64,000 nucleotides of DNA from a virus, in the IMG/VR virus record IMGVR_UViG_3300028025_006190, positions 1-64,000 of that record, one strand, 5' to 3'. Positions 57,562-64,000 of this stretch are shown here, piece after piece. The notes under the pieces are model-generated. The model worked only from the letters and a program-made list of their open reading frames with translations. It ran no database searches and was not told the DNA's origin. The position numbers were made by a program, and so were the translations under genes. The stretch's first letter is position 1. Every line of letters begins with the position of its first letter.

Positions 57562-58719
57562 ATGAGCTACATTAATACCCTTTCCGGGTATCGCATGAGC
57601 GATGACTGGGCCGACCATATTGCCCGTGGATCGCGGGGCGGTATTGACTATGCCACTGGAATGAATACCCCAATTCCTGCCCCGATTGCTGGTCGCCTGG
57701 AGAACCGCCCCGATAACGGTAATGGGTTTGGAAACTACATTCGCTTCCACCACGGCAACGGGTTCATTGACGAGTATTTGCACCTCAACAGTTTTGTTGC
57801 CGAAGGAAACTACGCTCAGGGGCAGGTTATTGGGTACACGGGAAATACCGGAAATAGCACCGGACCCCACGTACACTGGCACCTTATTGATCCAAGTGGT
57901 CGTCGGGTAAACCCTCTTGACTATGTTCAGGGTGGTTCAGGTGGAAGCACGACTTCCTCTGGAATCGGTGCGAGTATGGCAGCTGCTCAGCAGATACTTG
58001 CAAATGTTGGACTCTATAGCGGTGTTGTTGATGGTATTTTTGGTCCTAAGTCTTGGAGAGCCACTCAGACGTGGTTGGCCAAGTATGGACTATATGACGG
58101 AGCAATTGATGGAATTCCTGGACCGAAGACCTACCGAGGGGTGCAGCTATACGGTCAAAAGAATGGTAACTACGGCCCTCCCGGGGTAGTTGATGGAGTT
58201 CTTGGTCCCCTGTCGTGGGCTGGATTTGTTCAGTCTTTGAAAGAAGATACGGCGGCACCTGCCCCAACCCCACCACCAGCGCCAGTAAAGCCAGAGCCTG
58301 TAAAGCCTGAGCCTGTTGTGCCTCCTGTAGTGCCAACTCCACCAGTCCCGGAAAAACCAGAGGTTGTTGTCCCAGAAAAACCTGAAAAGCCCGCAAAACC
58401 CACTCGCCCTACACGACCATCTAAGCCCACTAAACCTGTAAAGGATCCAGTAATGCCAGAAGTAAAGCCACTCCCTGATGCCGCAAATACTGCCGCTCAC
58501 GACGCTCTTGGGATCTTGATCCCGAAGGCAAAAAACCGCAAGATTGCATATGCCGTCTACGGTCTGATCTCTCTAGTTGTAAGCAACGCTGCAGTTGGTG
58601 TTGTTGCTTCTGGAACGGAAGCTCCCCTGTGGCTTATCATAGGTCTTGCCGTTGTCGGTAACCTGGGTGCCCCGTTCGCAACACTCGCTATCGCGAATGC
58701 CGGCAACAGCCAGAAGTAA
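57562..58719 (+). CDS. Endolysin (M23 peptidase plus peptidoglycan-binding repeats) fused to a holin-like two-TM domain
   Basis: H...GGIDY, YLHL and GNSTGPHVH (M23); three DGxxGPxT/S repeats; Pro/Lys linker; two hydrophobic helices at the C-terminus. Confidence 0.88.
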   Translation: MSYINTLSGYRMSDDWADHIARGSRGGIDYATGMNTPIPAPIAGRLENRPDNGNGFGNYIRFHHGNGFIDEYLHLNSFVAEGNYAQGQVIGYTGNTGNSTGPHVHWHLIDPSGRRVNPLDYVQGGSGGSTTSSGIGASMAAAQQILANVGLYSGVVDGIFGPKSWRATQTWLAKYGLYDGAIDGIPGPKTYRGVQLYGQKNGNYGPPGVVDGVLGPLSWAGFVQSLKEDTAAPAPTPPPAPVKPEPVKPEPVVPPVVPTPPVPEKPEVVVPEKPEKPAKPTRPTRPSKPTKPVKDPVMPEVKPLPDAANTAAHDALGILIPKAKNRKIAYAVYGLISLVVSNAAVGVVASGTEAPLWLIIGLAVVGNLGAPFATLAIANAGNSQK

Positions 58720-58728
58720 GCTAAAATA

Positions 58729-58776
58729 AAAAAGCAGACCCGACCACATTCGTGACCATCGGGTCTGCTTCTTTTT
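58729..58776 (+). terminator. Terminator after the lysis gene
   Basis: aagcagacccga ... tcgggtctgctt cttttt. Confidence 0.7.
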
Positions 58777-58847
58777 GTCGCTCAAGTGTTACGGTAGCAC
58801 GACGGTCTCCAAAACCGTGAGACTAGGTTCAATTCCTAGGAGCGGCG
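58777..58847 (+). tRNA. tRNA-Trp (CCA)
   Basis: Acceptor gtcgctc/gagcggc; anticodon arm acggt-ctCCAaa-accgt; T arm ctagg-ttcaatt-cctag. Confidence 0.9.
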
Positions 58848-58891
58848 CAATTTGACTACATTGTTTCTAAATTTGTGCTAAAGTATTTATA

Positions 58892-59062
58892 ACGCAAGAT
58901 CGACGGATCAAGCGGAGTGATGGCTGAATGTGTCTTTCCAGTAAGGACCTAAAGCACACCTCGGGTTAGCGCCCTGCCTTAGCGGGTAAAAGAGGTGGTC
59001 GGGTGCGGTACATACTGTATTGCTGGGACCCCGTGGTGGTAAAACGCAATCCACCCACTCAA
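58892..59062 (+). ncRNA. Candidate structured ncRNA (~170 nt, family not recognised)
   Basis: Lies between an extended -10 (TGcTAAAGT, 58876-84) and a strong terminator. Several stems: gagtg/cactc, cacctc/gaggtg, gcggtaca/tgtattgc, ggtgg/ccacc, plus two hairpins with the same UUAGCG loop. Confidence 0.55.
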
Positions 59063-59065
59063 CTA

Positions 59066-59100
59066 AAAACCCCCGGGATCTTTTCCTCCGGGGGTTTTTT
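59066..59100 (+). terminator. Rho-independent terminator
   Basis: aaaacccccgg ... ccgggggtttttt. Confidence 0.85.
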
Positions 59101-59122
59101 ATGTGTGTTACTGTTTACAGAA

Positions 59123-59196
59123 CGGGATGTAGCTCAGCTTGGTAGAGCGCTGCGTTTGGGACGCAGAAGTCGCAGGTTCAAATCCTGTCGTCCCGA
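59123..59196 (+). tRNA. tRNA-Pro (TGG)
   Basis: Acceptor cgggatg/cgtcccg; ctgcg-ttTGGga-cgcag; GGTTCAAATCC. Confidence 0.95.
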
Positions 59197-59197
59197 C

Positions 59198-59273
59198 GGC
59201 GGTGTAGCCCAATGGCAGAGGCACACGGTTTAGGTCCGTGCCAGTGTGAGTTCGAATCTCATCACCGCTACCA
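59198..59273 (+). tRNA. tRNA-Leu (TAG), short variable arm, encoded CCA
   Basis: ggcggtg/caccgct-a-cca; cacgg-ttTAGgt-ccgtg; GTTCGAATC. Confidence 0.92.
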
Positions 59274-59297
59274 AAAGTCTTATGTTAGACTTCTGCC

Positions 59298-59462
59298 ATG
59301 CAGGAGAACGCTATTAAGATCCTTATTCGAGATGAGATGGTTGAGGCCGGGATTGTCGTTGCAGAGGGGACAATGCTCACCTATCTATATGAGGGTCGAG
59401 AATATCTAGTCATGATGAGCGTCGTAGACATTACGGATTGGGACAATCAAGATGACGAATGA
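59298..59462 (+). CDS. Small hypothetical protein (54 aa, MQENAIKILIRDEM...), absent from the ORF track
   Basis: Open frame filling the gap between tRNA-Leu and the DUF3310-like gene, overlapping its start. Confidence 0.5.
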   Translation: MQENAIKILIRDEMVEAGIVVAEGTMLTYLYEGREYLVMMSVVDITDWDNQDDE

Positions 59463-59670
59463 TCCGGTACGCCAACCATCTCATTACTTTCACCCAAGTG
59501 GTATTGAAGTTATTGAGATCACAAAACACGAGTCTTTCCTCCGGGGGAACATCATCAAATACATTCTCCGTGCCCCATTTAAGGGCAGAGAGTTAGAAGA
59601 TTTACGTAAAGCTCAGATGTATCTTGAGTGGGAAATTGCCAGAGTTGAAAAGGAAATAGAAGACAAGTGA
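59452..59670 (+). CDS. DUF3310-family protein (T7 gp1.7-like putative nucleotide kinase domain)
   Basis: DPVxxPSHY...IEVIEI...FxxGNxIKYxxRAxxKG..EDLRKAxxYL. Confidence 0.85.
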   Translation: MTNDPVRQPSHYFHPSGIEVIEITKHESFLRGNIIKYILRAPFKGRELEDLRKAQMYLEWEIARVEKEIEDK

Positions 59671-60365
59671 TTTTTACCAGTGAACTAGAAGTAGAGCTTG
59701 TTCAATACTCCGGAAGCGATAAAATAATTGCAGATGCTGCTCGAGTATCTACTGGCGCTGTGGCCGATGCATACACTGAAGAAGAGAATGCCAAACTACT
59801 TGGGTATCTTGTAAAGAATCGCCACGGCTCACCCTTTGAGCACAACTCGATGACCTTCAAGATCTCTGCTCCTATATTTGTATTCCGTGAGTTCCAACGT
59901 CACCGTATTGGCTGGTCCTATAACGAGGTCTCTGCGCGATACAAAGAGATGGATCCGGTTTTCTATGCGTACCCACCAACGAGGCCTCTAGTCCAGGAAG
60001 GATCCTCTGCCCATCCGAAGCTTGTTGACGGGCACCCGTCTATGACTACGATGGTAAATCACGAAATGATGACTGCATACTCTCACTCCTGGGGGATCTA
60101 CAAAGCTCTTCTGCGTGAGGGTGCTGCTAACGAAGTTGCTCGATCTGTGCTCCCTGTTGGTCTCTACAGTCAGATGTATGCGACATGCAATGCTCGAAGC
60201 TTGATGGCATTCCTGTCATTACGAGTTGATGCTGAGAACGCCCAGTTTGAGACCAAGCCCCAGTGGGAGATCGAACAGGTCGCTCGCAAGATGGAAGAGT
60301 ACTTTTCTCTAATGTTCCCGGACACACACTACTTTTTTAACAAGAATGGTAGAATTGCTCCATAG
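59667..60365 (+). CDS. thyX: Flavin-dependent thymidylate synthase
   Basis: AARVS, HGSPFEH, RHRIGWSYNEVSARY (RHRx7S), EVARSVLP, NARSL and QWEI motifs. Confidence 0.96.
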   Translation: MIFTSELEVELVQYSGSDKIIADAARVSTGAVADAYTEEENAKLLGYLVKNRHGSPFEHNSMTFKISAPIFVFREFQRHRIGWSYNEVSARYKEMDPVFYAYPPTRPLVQEGSSAHPKLVDGHPSMTTMVNHEMMTAYSHSWGIYKALLREGAANEVARSVLPVGLYSQMYATCNARSLMAFLSLRVDAENAQFETKPQWEIEQVARKMEEYFSLMFPDTHYFFNKNGRIAP

Positions 60366-60430
60366 GTAAAATTAGCTAAGTTACCTGCCGACAGTCGGCC
60401 GCCCCCAGGGTAAGCGATATCCCTGGTCCA

Positions 60431-60503
60431 GCCTCCTTAGCTCAGTTGGTAGAGCGCGATACTTGTAATATCGATGTCATCGGTTCGATTCCGGTAGGGG
60501 GCC
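60431..60503 (+). tRNA. tRNA-Thr (TGT)
   Basis: gcctcct/agggggc; cgata-ctTGTaa-tatcg; GGTTCGATTCC. Confidence 0.95.
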
Positions 60504-60507
60504 CAGA

Positions 60508-60579
60508 CCCCTCGTAGCTCAGCGGAAGAGCGTATGGTTTCTACCCATCCGGCCGGGAGTTCGAATCTCTCCGAGGGGA
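60508..60579 (+). tRNA. tRNA-Arg (TCT)
   Basis: cccctcg/cgagggg; atgg-ttTCTac-ccat; GTTCGAATC. Confidence 0.9.
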
Positions 60580-60582
60580 CAC

Positions 60583-60656
60583 CGGGAGTTAGCTCAGCCG
60601 GTTAGAGCAGCGGACTCATAATCCGTCGGTCGCGGGTTCAAGTCCCGCACTCCTGA
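60583..60656 (+). tRNA. tRNA with CAT anticodon (Ile2 or elongator Met)
   Basis: cgggagt/actcctg; gcgga-ctCATaa-tccgt; GGTTCAAGTCC. It lacks the initiator GGG/CCC anticodon stem. Confidence 0.9.
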
Positions 60657-60663
60657 CAACACA

Positions 60664-60696
60664 AAACCCCCTGGCCGATATATGCCGGGGGGTTTG
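60664..60696 (+). terminator. Terminator after the tRNA cluster
   Basis: aaaaccccctggc ... gccggggggtttg. Confidence 0.7.
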
Positions 60697-60889
60697 GTGT
60701 CAGATTCTGGATCACCGCCTATGTAGTTGCCAGTTAACCTTTCGTTGGGTGAGTTTGAACATTGGAATCATTCAGCTCCTAACTGGCCTCGCGGCCATCT
60801 CATACAAGATACTTCTATTTTAGAAGCTATTAAACTGTTCTAGATCTTCTACTGTGACGATGAGATCCCGGTGATTTAGAATAGAAGTA

Positions 60890-60983
60890 GCCAAGGCGCA
60901 GCTCCCCTGCTGCCCGGCATTGTGAATTTCGCTACCTCACAAAAGCTAAGCCCCCTCTTGAAAATATATTGGAGGGGGTTTAG
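60890..60983 (+). ncRNA. Candidate ~95-nt small RNA with a C-rich loop
   Basis: TAGAAT at 60877-82, then three consecutive hairpins: gcc-ggcgcag[ctccc]ctgc-gcc-ggc; ttgtga/tcacaa; ctaagccccctc/gagggggtttag. No ORF. Confidence 0.4.
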
Positions 60984-61140
60984 TGTTACTAAATCTATAT
61001 GAGAAGTTGGCAGTATATAATAACAATTTTTATAATAGCTCGCAAGATTTTACGAGGTGCTACACTAGATAAAACCCAATAAATATCAGCAAAATGGCCA
61101 AGTTTCCTTGGTCAATTTTCATCTCACCTGGAGGTCATAT

Positions 61141-61224
61141 ATGAACGAAAAAATAACAACCCTTGGCGAATACCAGGTCCCAATCGACCCGATGGATGAG
61201 TTCCAGTGCGAGGGGTGCCAATAG
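61141..61224 (+). CDS. 27-aa micropeptide MNEKITTLGEYQVPIDPMDEFQCEGCQ resembling the redox-active C-terminal tail of a class I RNR alpha subunit
   Basis: GGAGG RBS 6 nt before the ATG; extended -10 TGcTACACT at ~61058; terminal acidic-CxxCQ-stop; upstream of nrdB. Confidence 0.75.
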   Translation: MNEKITTLGEYQVPIDPMDEFQCEGCQ

Positions 61225-61228
61225 GCAC

Positions 61229-61288
61229 GACCCCGAAACGGGTCCGGCCCGGTGCTCCTCGATCGTTGCTAGAGTCGAGCGCCGGGCC
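61229..61288 (+). promoter_or_regulatory. Two GC-rich hairpins after the micropeptide gene (mRNA stabiliser or attenuator)
   Basis: gaccc/gggtc and a 12-bp ggcccggtgctc/gagcgccgggcc stem; no U tail. Confidence 0.5.
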
Positions 61289-61311
61289 AACTAATCTTAT
61301 AAAATGACTAT

Positions 61312-62262
61312 ATGACAGGCGTAACTCCGGAGACCTTAGTTCTTACTTCTGAAGGTTATCGGGAGATTTTATCACTAACTGGTTCTCCATTTTTAGTGTG
61401 GAATGGCGGGGAATACACTCCAGCAGTTGCGCAAAAACTAGCTGAACAACAAAAAGTTATTCGGATAGAGCTTGTTTCTGGTACTGAAATTGAGTGTGCA
61501 GCAGACTTTGAATTTCGGATCCAACGTGACTACTACGTCACTGCAGTGCATAACCAGGAAGCGAGATACCTGGCTCCCGGTGATCGACTCATCAAGGGTT
61601 GGTATCCAGTAGTTCCGGGTGGGGCTGAAGAGTTTCCCTACTCATATACACACGGCTACTACTCCGGAGCTGAGAAGTTTCGACTGGGAGACAAAGTTCT
61701 TGCAAGATCTGCAGTCTACGGAGTTAGGCGGCAGTCTCTACAACTTCTACAACTAAATACAGAACTAGATCAAAAAAGAAGTCTTAAGTTTTTAGACAGT
61801 ATGCCTGAAGACTATGAAATCCCCCTCGATTTTAGATACTCACTCGAGACAAAGCTGGAGTGGCTAGCTGGACTTTTTGATTCTGGTCTTATCAAAAGAA
61901 AAGTGGGAATCAGGCCGATCTGGGATATTTACTCAGAAAATTATGACTTCCTAAAAAGACTGAAACTATTCAGTCATACGCTTGGCGGAGACGCTCGAGT
62001 AATAAAAAATAGTGATCTTGGAAGAGCTCACTACACTTTTCGTTTGGCCAATACGTGGGTGCAGAACCTAAGAAAAATGAATATCCCCGTAGTTAACCAC
62101 TCGTTCCCCGAGATCAACTACACCAGAAGAAGCATTGATTATCCGAAGATAGCTCAAGTAATTGATGACTACAGATACTCAGACATATACAACATCACAC
62201 AAGAAAACAAAGACACGGTTGTCCTCAACGGCATCCTTGTTCCAAACAACTCAGAAAGGTAA
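61312..62262 (+). CDS. Free-standing, degenerate intein (Hint plus LAGLIDADG-like) without exteins
   Basis: Block A-like GVTPETLVLTSEGYREI...VWNG; block B-like IECAADFEF; L.PGD.L; WLAGLFDSG; block F/G-like DIYNITQ...VLNGILVPN. Confidence 0.75.
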   Translation: MTGVTPETLVLTSEGYREILSLTGSPFLVWNGGEYTPAVAQKLAEQQKVIRIELVSGTEIECAADFEFRIQRDYYVTAVHNQEARYLAPGDRLIKGWYPVVPGGAEEFPYSYTHGYYSGAEKFRLGDKVLARSAVYGVRRQSLQLLQLNTELDQKRSLKFLDSMPEDYEIPLDFRYSLETKLEWLAGLFDSGLIKRKVGIRPIWDIYSENYDFLKRLKLFSHTLGGDARVIKNSDLGRAHYTFRLANTWVQNLRKMNIPVVNHSFPEINYTRRSIDYPKIAQVIDDYRYSDIYNITQENKDTVVLNGILVPNNSER

Positions 62263-62266
62263 CACC

Positions 62267-63256
62267 ATGGGAATCCTCGGAAAAGGAATCCAGGAGGGCC
62301 TCCTCCTCAAGCCAGTCAAATACCAGTGGGCAATGGATCTGTACGACCAGGCCGTAGCGAACACGTGGTTCCCTAACGAAATTCAGCTCGGAGAAGATAT
62401 TGCCGACTTCAAGAAGATGTCTGAGGAAGAGCAGCACGCCATCACATTCTTGATGTCGTTCTTTAACCCCTCGGAGCTGATTGTAAACAAGGCTCTTGCC
62501 TTTGGCGTGTACCCATATCTGAACGCACCCGAGTGCCACCTGTACCTCGCGAAGCAGATGTGGGAAGAAGCAAACCACTGCATGTCGTTCGAGTACGTTC
62601 TCGAAACCTTCCCCGTTGATCGCGCAGAAATCTACAACCAACACGTCTCGGTTCCCAGCATCAAAGCCAAGGAAGACTTTGAGGTCAAGTTCATCACGCG
62701 CATGACCGAAGAGACTCTTGACATTGAGACCGTAGAAGGCAAGCAGGACTTCGTCCGTAACCTTGTCGCTTACTCGGTCATCATGGAGGGCATCTGGTTC
62801 TACTCGGGCTTCATGGTGGCGCTCAGCTTCCGCCAGCGCAACCTGCTGCGTAACTTTGGTTCGCTCGTTGACTGGATTGTTCGTGACGAGAGTCTGCACC
62901 TCAAGTTTGGTGTCAACCTTGTTGTGACCATCCTGGACGAGAACCCCGACATCGTGACTGAAGAATTTGCTGCTGAGATCAAGCAAATGATTTTGGACGC
63001 TGTCGACATGGAGACGGCGTACAACAAGGATCAGTTCCCCAATGGAATCCTCGGTCTAAATGCTGACTACGCTACGCAGTACACCAAGTACCTTGCAGAC
63101 CGTCGTCTTGAGGAGCTCGGCTTTGGCCCGCACTACAACGTGACAAACCCCGCAAAGTGGATGGCAGCAGCCAACGATACTTTGCAGTTGGTCAACTTCT
63201 TTGAATCAACAAACACTTCTTACGAAGTTAACGCTACATCATCTAGCAAGCACTAG
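62267..63256 (+). CDS. nrdB: Ribonucleotide reductase beta subunit with class Ic-type signature
   Basis: WFPNEI, EEANH, MEGIWFYSGF, RDESLH and NFFE...Y motifs; GAAAGG RBS before ATG 62267. Confidence 0.95.
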   Translation: MGILGKGIQEGLLLKPVKYQWAMDLYDQAVANTWFPNEIQLGEDIADFKKMSEEEQHAITFLMSFFNPSELIVNKALAFGVYPYLNAPECHLYLAKQMWEEANHCMSFEYVLETFPVDRAEIYNQHVSVPSIKAKEDFEVKFITRMTEETLDIETVEGKQDFVRNLVAYSVIMEGIWFYSGFMVALSFRQRNLLRNFGSLVDWIVRDESLHLKFGVNLVVTILDENPDIVTEEFAAEIKQMILDAVDMETAYNKDQFPNGILGLNADYATQYTKYLADRRLEELGFGPHYNVTNPAKWMAAANDTLQLVNFFESTNTSYEVNATSSSKH

Positions 63257-63264
63257 GAGCAGTT

Positions 63265-63306
63265 ATGTGTTGCTGCACAGAATGCAAGTGCGGTCTTAAA
63301 GACTAG
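63265..63306 (+). CDS. 13-aa Cys-rich micropeptide MCCCTECKCGLKD
   Basis: AGGAG RBS overlaps the nrdB stop; the ORF ends just before the terminator. Confidence 0.45.
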   Translation: MCCCTECKCGLKD

Positions 63307-63312
63307 TCCGCA

Positions 63313-63351
63313 AAAAGAAAACCCCCTCTTAGGAGGGGGCTCTCTTTTTTT
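63313..63351. terminator. Bidirectional terminator between convergent genes
   Basis: A-run, ccccctc-ttag-gaggggg, T-run. Confidence 0.75.
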
Positions 63352-63362
63352 ACAAAGCTCTG

Positions 63363-63950
63363 TTAGCGAGTTTCGTATCTACAAAGAATTCTGTGGAGCT
63401 CTTCTTTAACTTCTACTGGTCGATAGGGGAATCCAATAATTTCCCAAATCATGTCACCTTTGTGAAAAGAGATGTCCATGACATAAATTTCCCAGCCGTG
63501 CTCAGAATAGATGGGGATGGAGATGTGATCCCCCCGATGCGAATTATCAGTAATTCCGGGGTTTCCATTGTCGTAGGACCTATAGTGTTGGATTAGCGGG
63601 AAGACGGGATGCCATCCATAAATTTCTGTCTGCCCGATAATAGTGTCTTCATAGTACTCGTCTGTAATTTCAGACTCTGACACATTCCATTTTTTGCTCC
63701 AAGGCTCCCTCACGTTTGGGTTTTCTTTTTCGTAGGTAAGAGTATCTACCTTGTGTCTAATGCTGCTGGACATTAAAAAGAAAAGCCAGGAAATATCTTT
63801 GTCATCGAAACTAGACGAGTCTTTACCTATGGCATTTACTTTTTCTGGCTTGCCCATCATCTTGAAAAGTTCTGTCATTCTCTCAAGATCTGACTCAACT
63901 TCTTCTTTGATAATGTTTTTCATCATTACTGATGTTTCTAAAATAGACAT
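63363..63950 (-). CDS. Hypothetical protein
   Basis: AGGA RBS before ATG at 63950; the frame also stays open to the right edge. Confidence 0.6.
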   Translation of the reverse strand: MSILETSVMMKNIIKEEVESDLERMTELFKMMGKPEKVNAIGKDSSSFDDKDISWLFFLMSSSIRHKVDTLTYEKENPNVREPWSKKWNVSESEITDEYYEDTIIGQTEIYGWHPVFPLIQHYRSYDNGNPGITDNSHRGDHISIPIYSEHGWEIYVMDISFHKGDMIWEIIGFPYRPVEVKEELHRILCRYETR

Positions 63951-64000
63951 AGCTATCCTGCTTTCTGTTGTAGGAAGGGCCGTGCTCGGGCCCACTACGA

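Noticed and set aside
59030-59100. T-box riboswitch (GGTGGT followed by a terminator upstream of tRNAs)
   Set aside because: It lacks the UGGNACC T-box sequence (reads GGTGGTAAAAC) and has no recognisable Stem I specifier.
59003-59409. ORF-track entries 59003..59233 and 59212..59409
   Set aside because: They overlap a terminator and two good tRNA genes.
60385-60430. Degenerate tRNA or minihelix ending in TCCA before tRNA-Thr
   Set aside because: Only two short hairpins, with no T-loop or anticodon arm; probably precursor leader.
61060-61076. NrdR box (acactagat...) upstream of the RNR locus
   Set aside because: Only the left half resembles the consensus; it is better explained as the -10 element TACACT.
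61225-61290. HDV-like/theta ribozyme suggested by ggcccgg...ctcctcg
   Set aside because: The sequence folds as a simple 12-bp hairpin; I could not build the nested double pseudoknot, and it is not at a tRNA 3' end.
62162-62266. N-terminal extension of nrdB overlapping the intein-like ORF, or an intein-nrdB frameshift fusion
   Set aside because: A clear RBS precedes ATG 62267, where the NrdB-like sequence starts; no slippery site is evident.

Overview
The window is a ~64 kb slice of a tailed (siphovirus-type) bacteriophage genome. The host is probably an actinobacterium, inferred from WhiB, separate capsid hexamer/pentamer proteins of the Rosebush type, the M23 endolysin and a Microbacteriaceae-like nrdB. 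From left to right it holds: (1) the 3' part of a giant polyvalent effector protein with zincin metallopeptidase, ADP-ribosyltransferase and GNAT domains; (2) head genes, including a prohead-protease polyprotein that carries an intact Dps/mini-ferritin domain; (3) the tail module; (4) replication and recombination genes (PolA, RuvC-like, SNF2 helicase, Cas4-like nuclease, AAA ATPase, SSB, primase-helicase), plus WhiB, a phosphoesterase and a glycosyltransferase; (5) an endolysin-holin fusion; (6) six tRNAs, two candidate ncRNAs and thyX; (7) an unusual ribonucleotide reductase (RNR) locus. The RNR locus has a separately encoded 27-aa peptide resembling the redox-active C-terminal tail of an RNR alpha subunit, a catalytically dead free-standing intein, a class Ic-type beta subunit and a 13-aa Cys-rich peptide. 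No nrdA lies in the window. Other notable signals are a nested out-and-back tail-tip architecture split between two in-frame genes, and two repeated peptide motifs that punctuate the head polyproteins like protease cleavage sites. All calls come from reading motifs by eye; no database searches were run.
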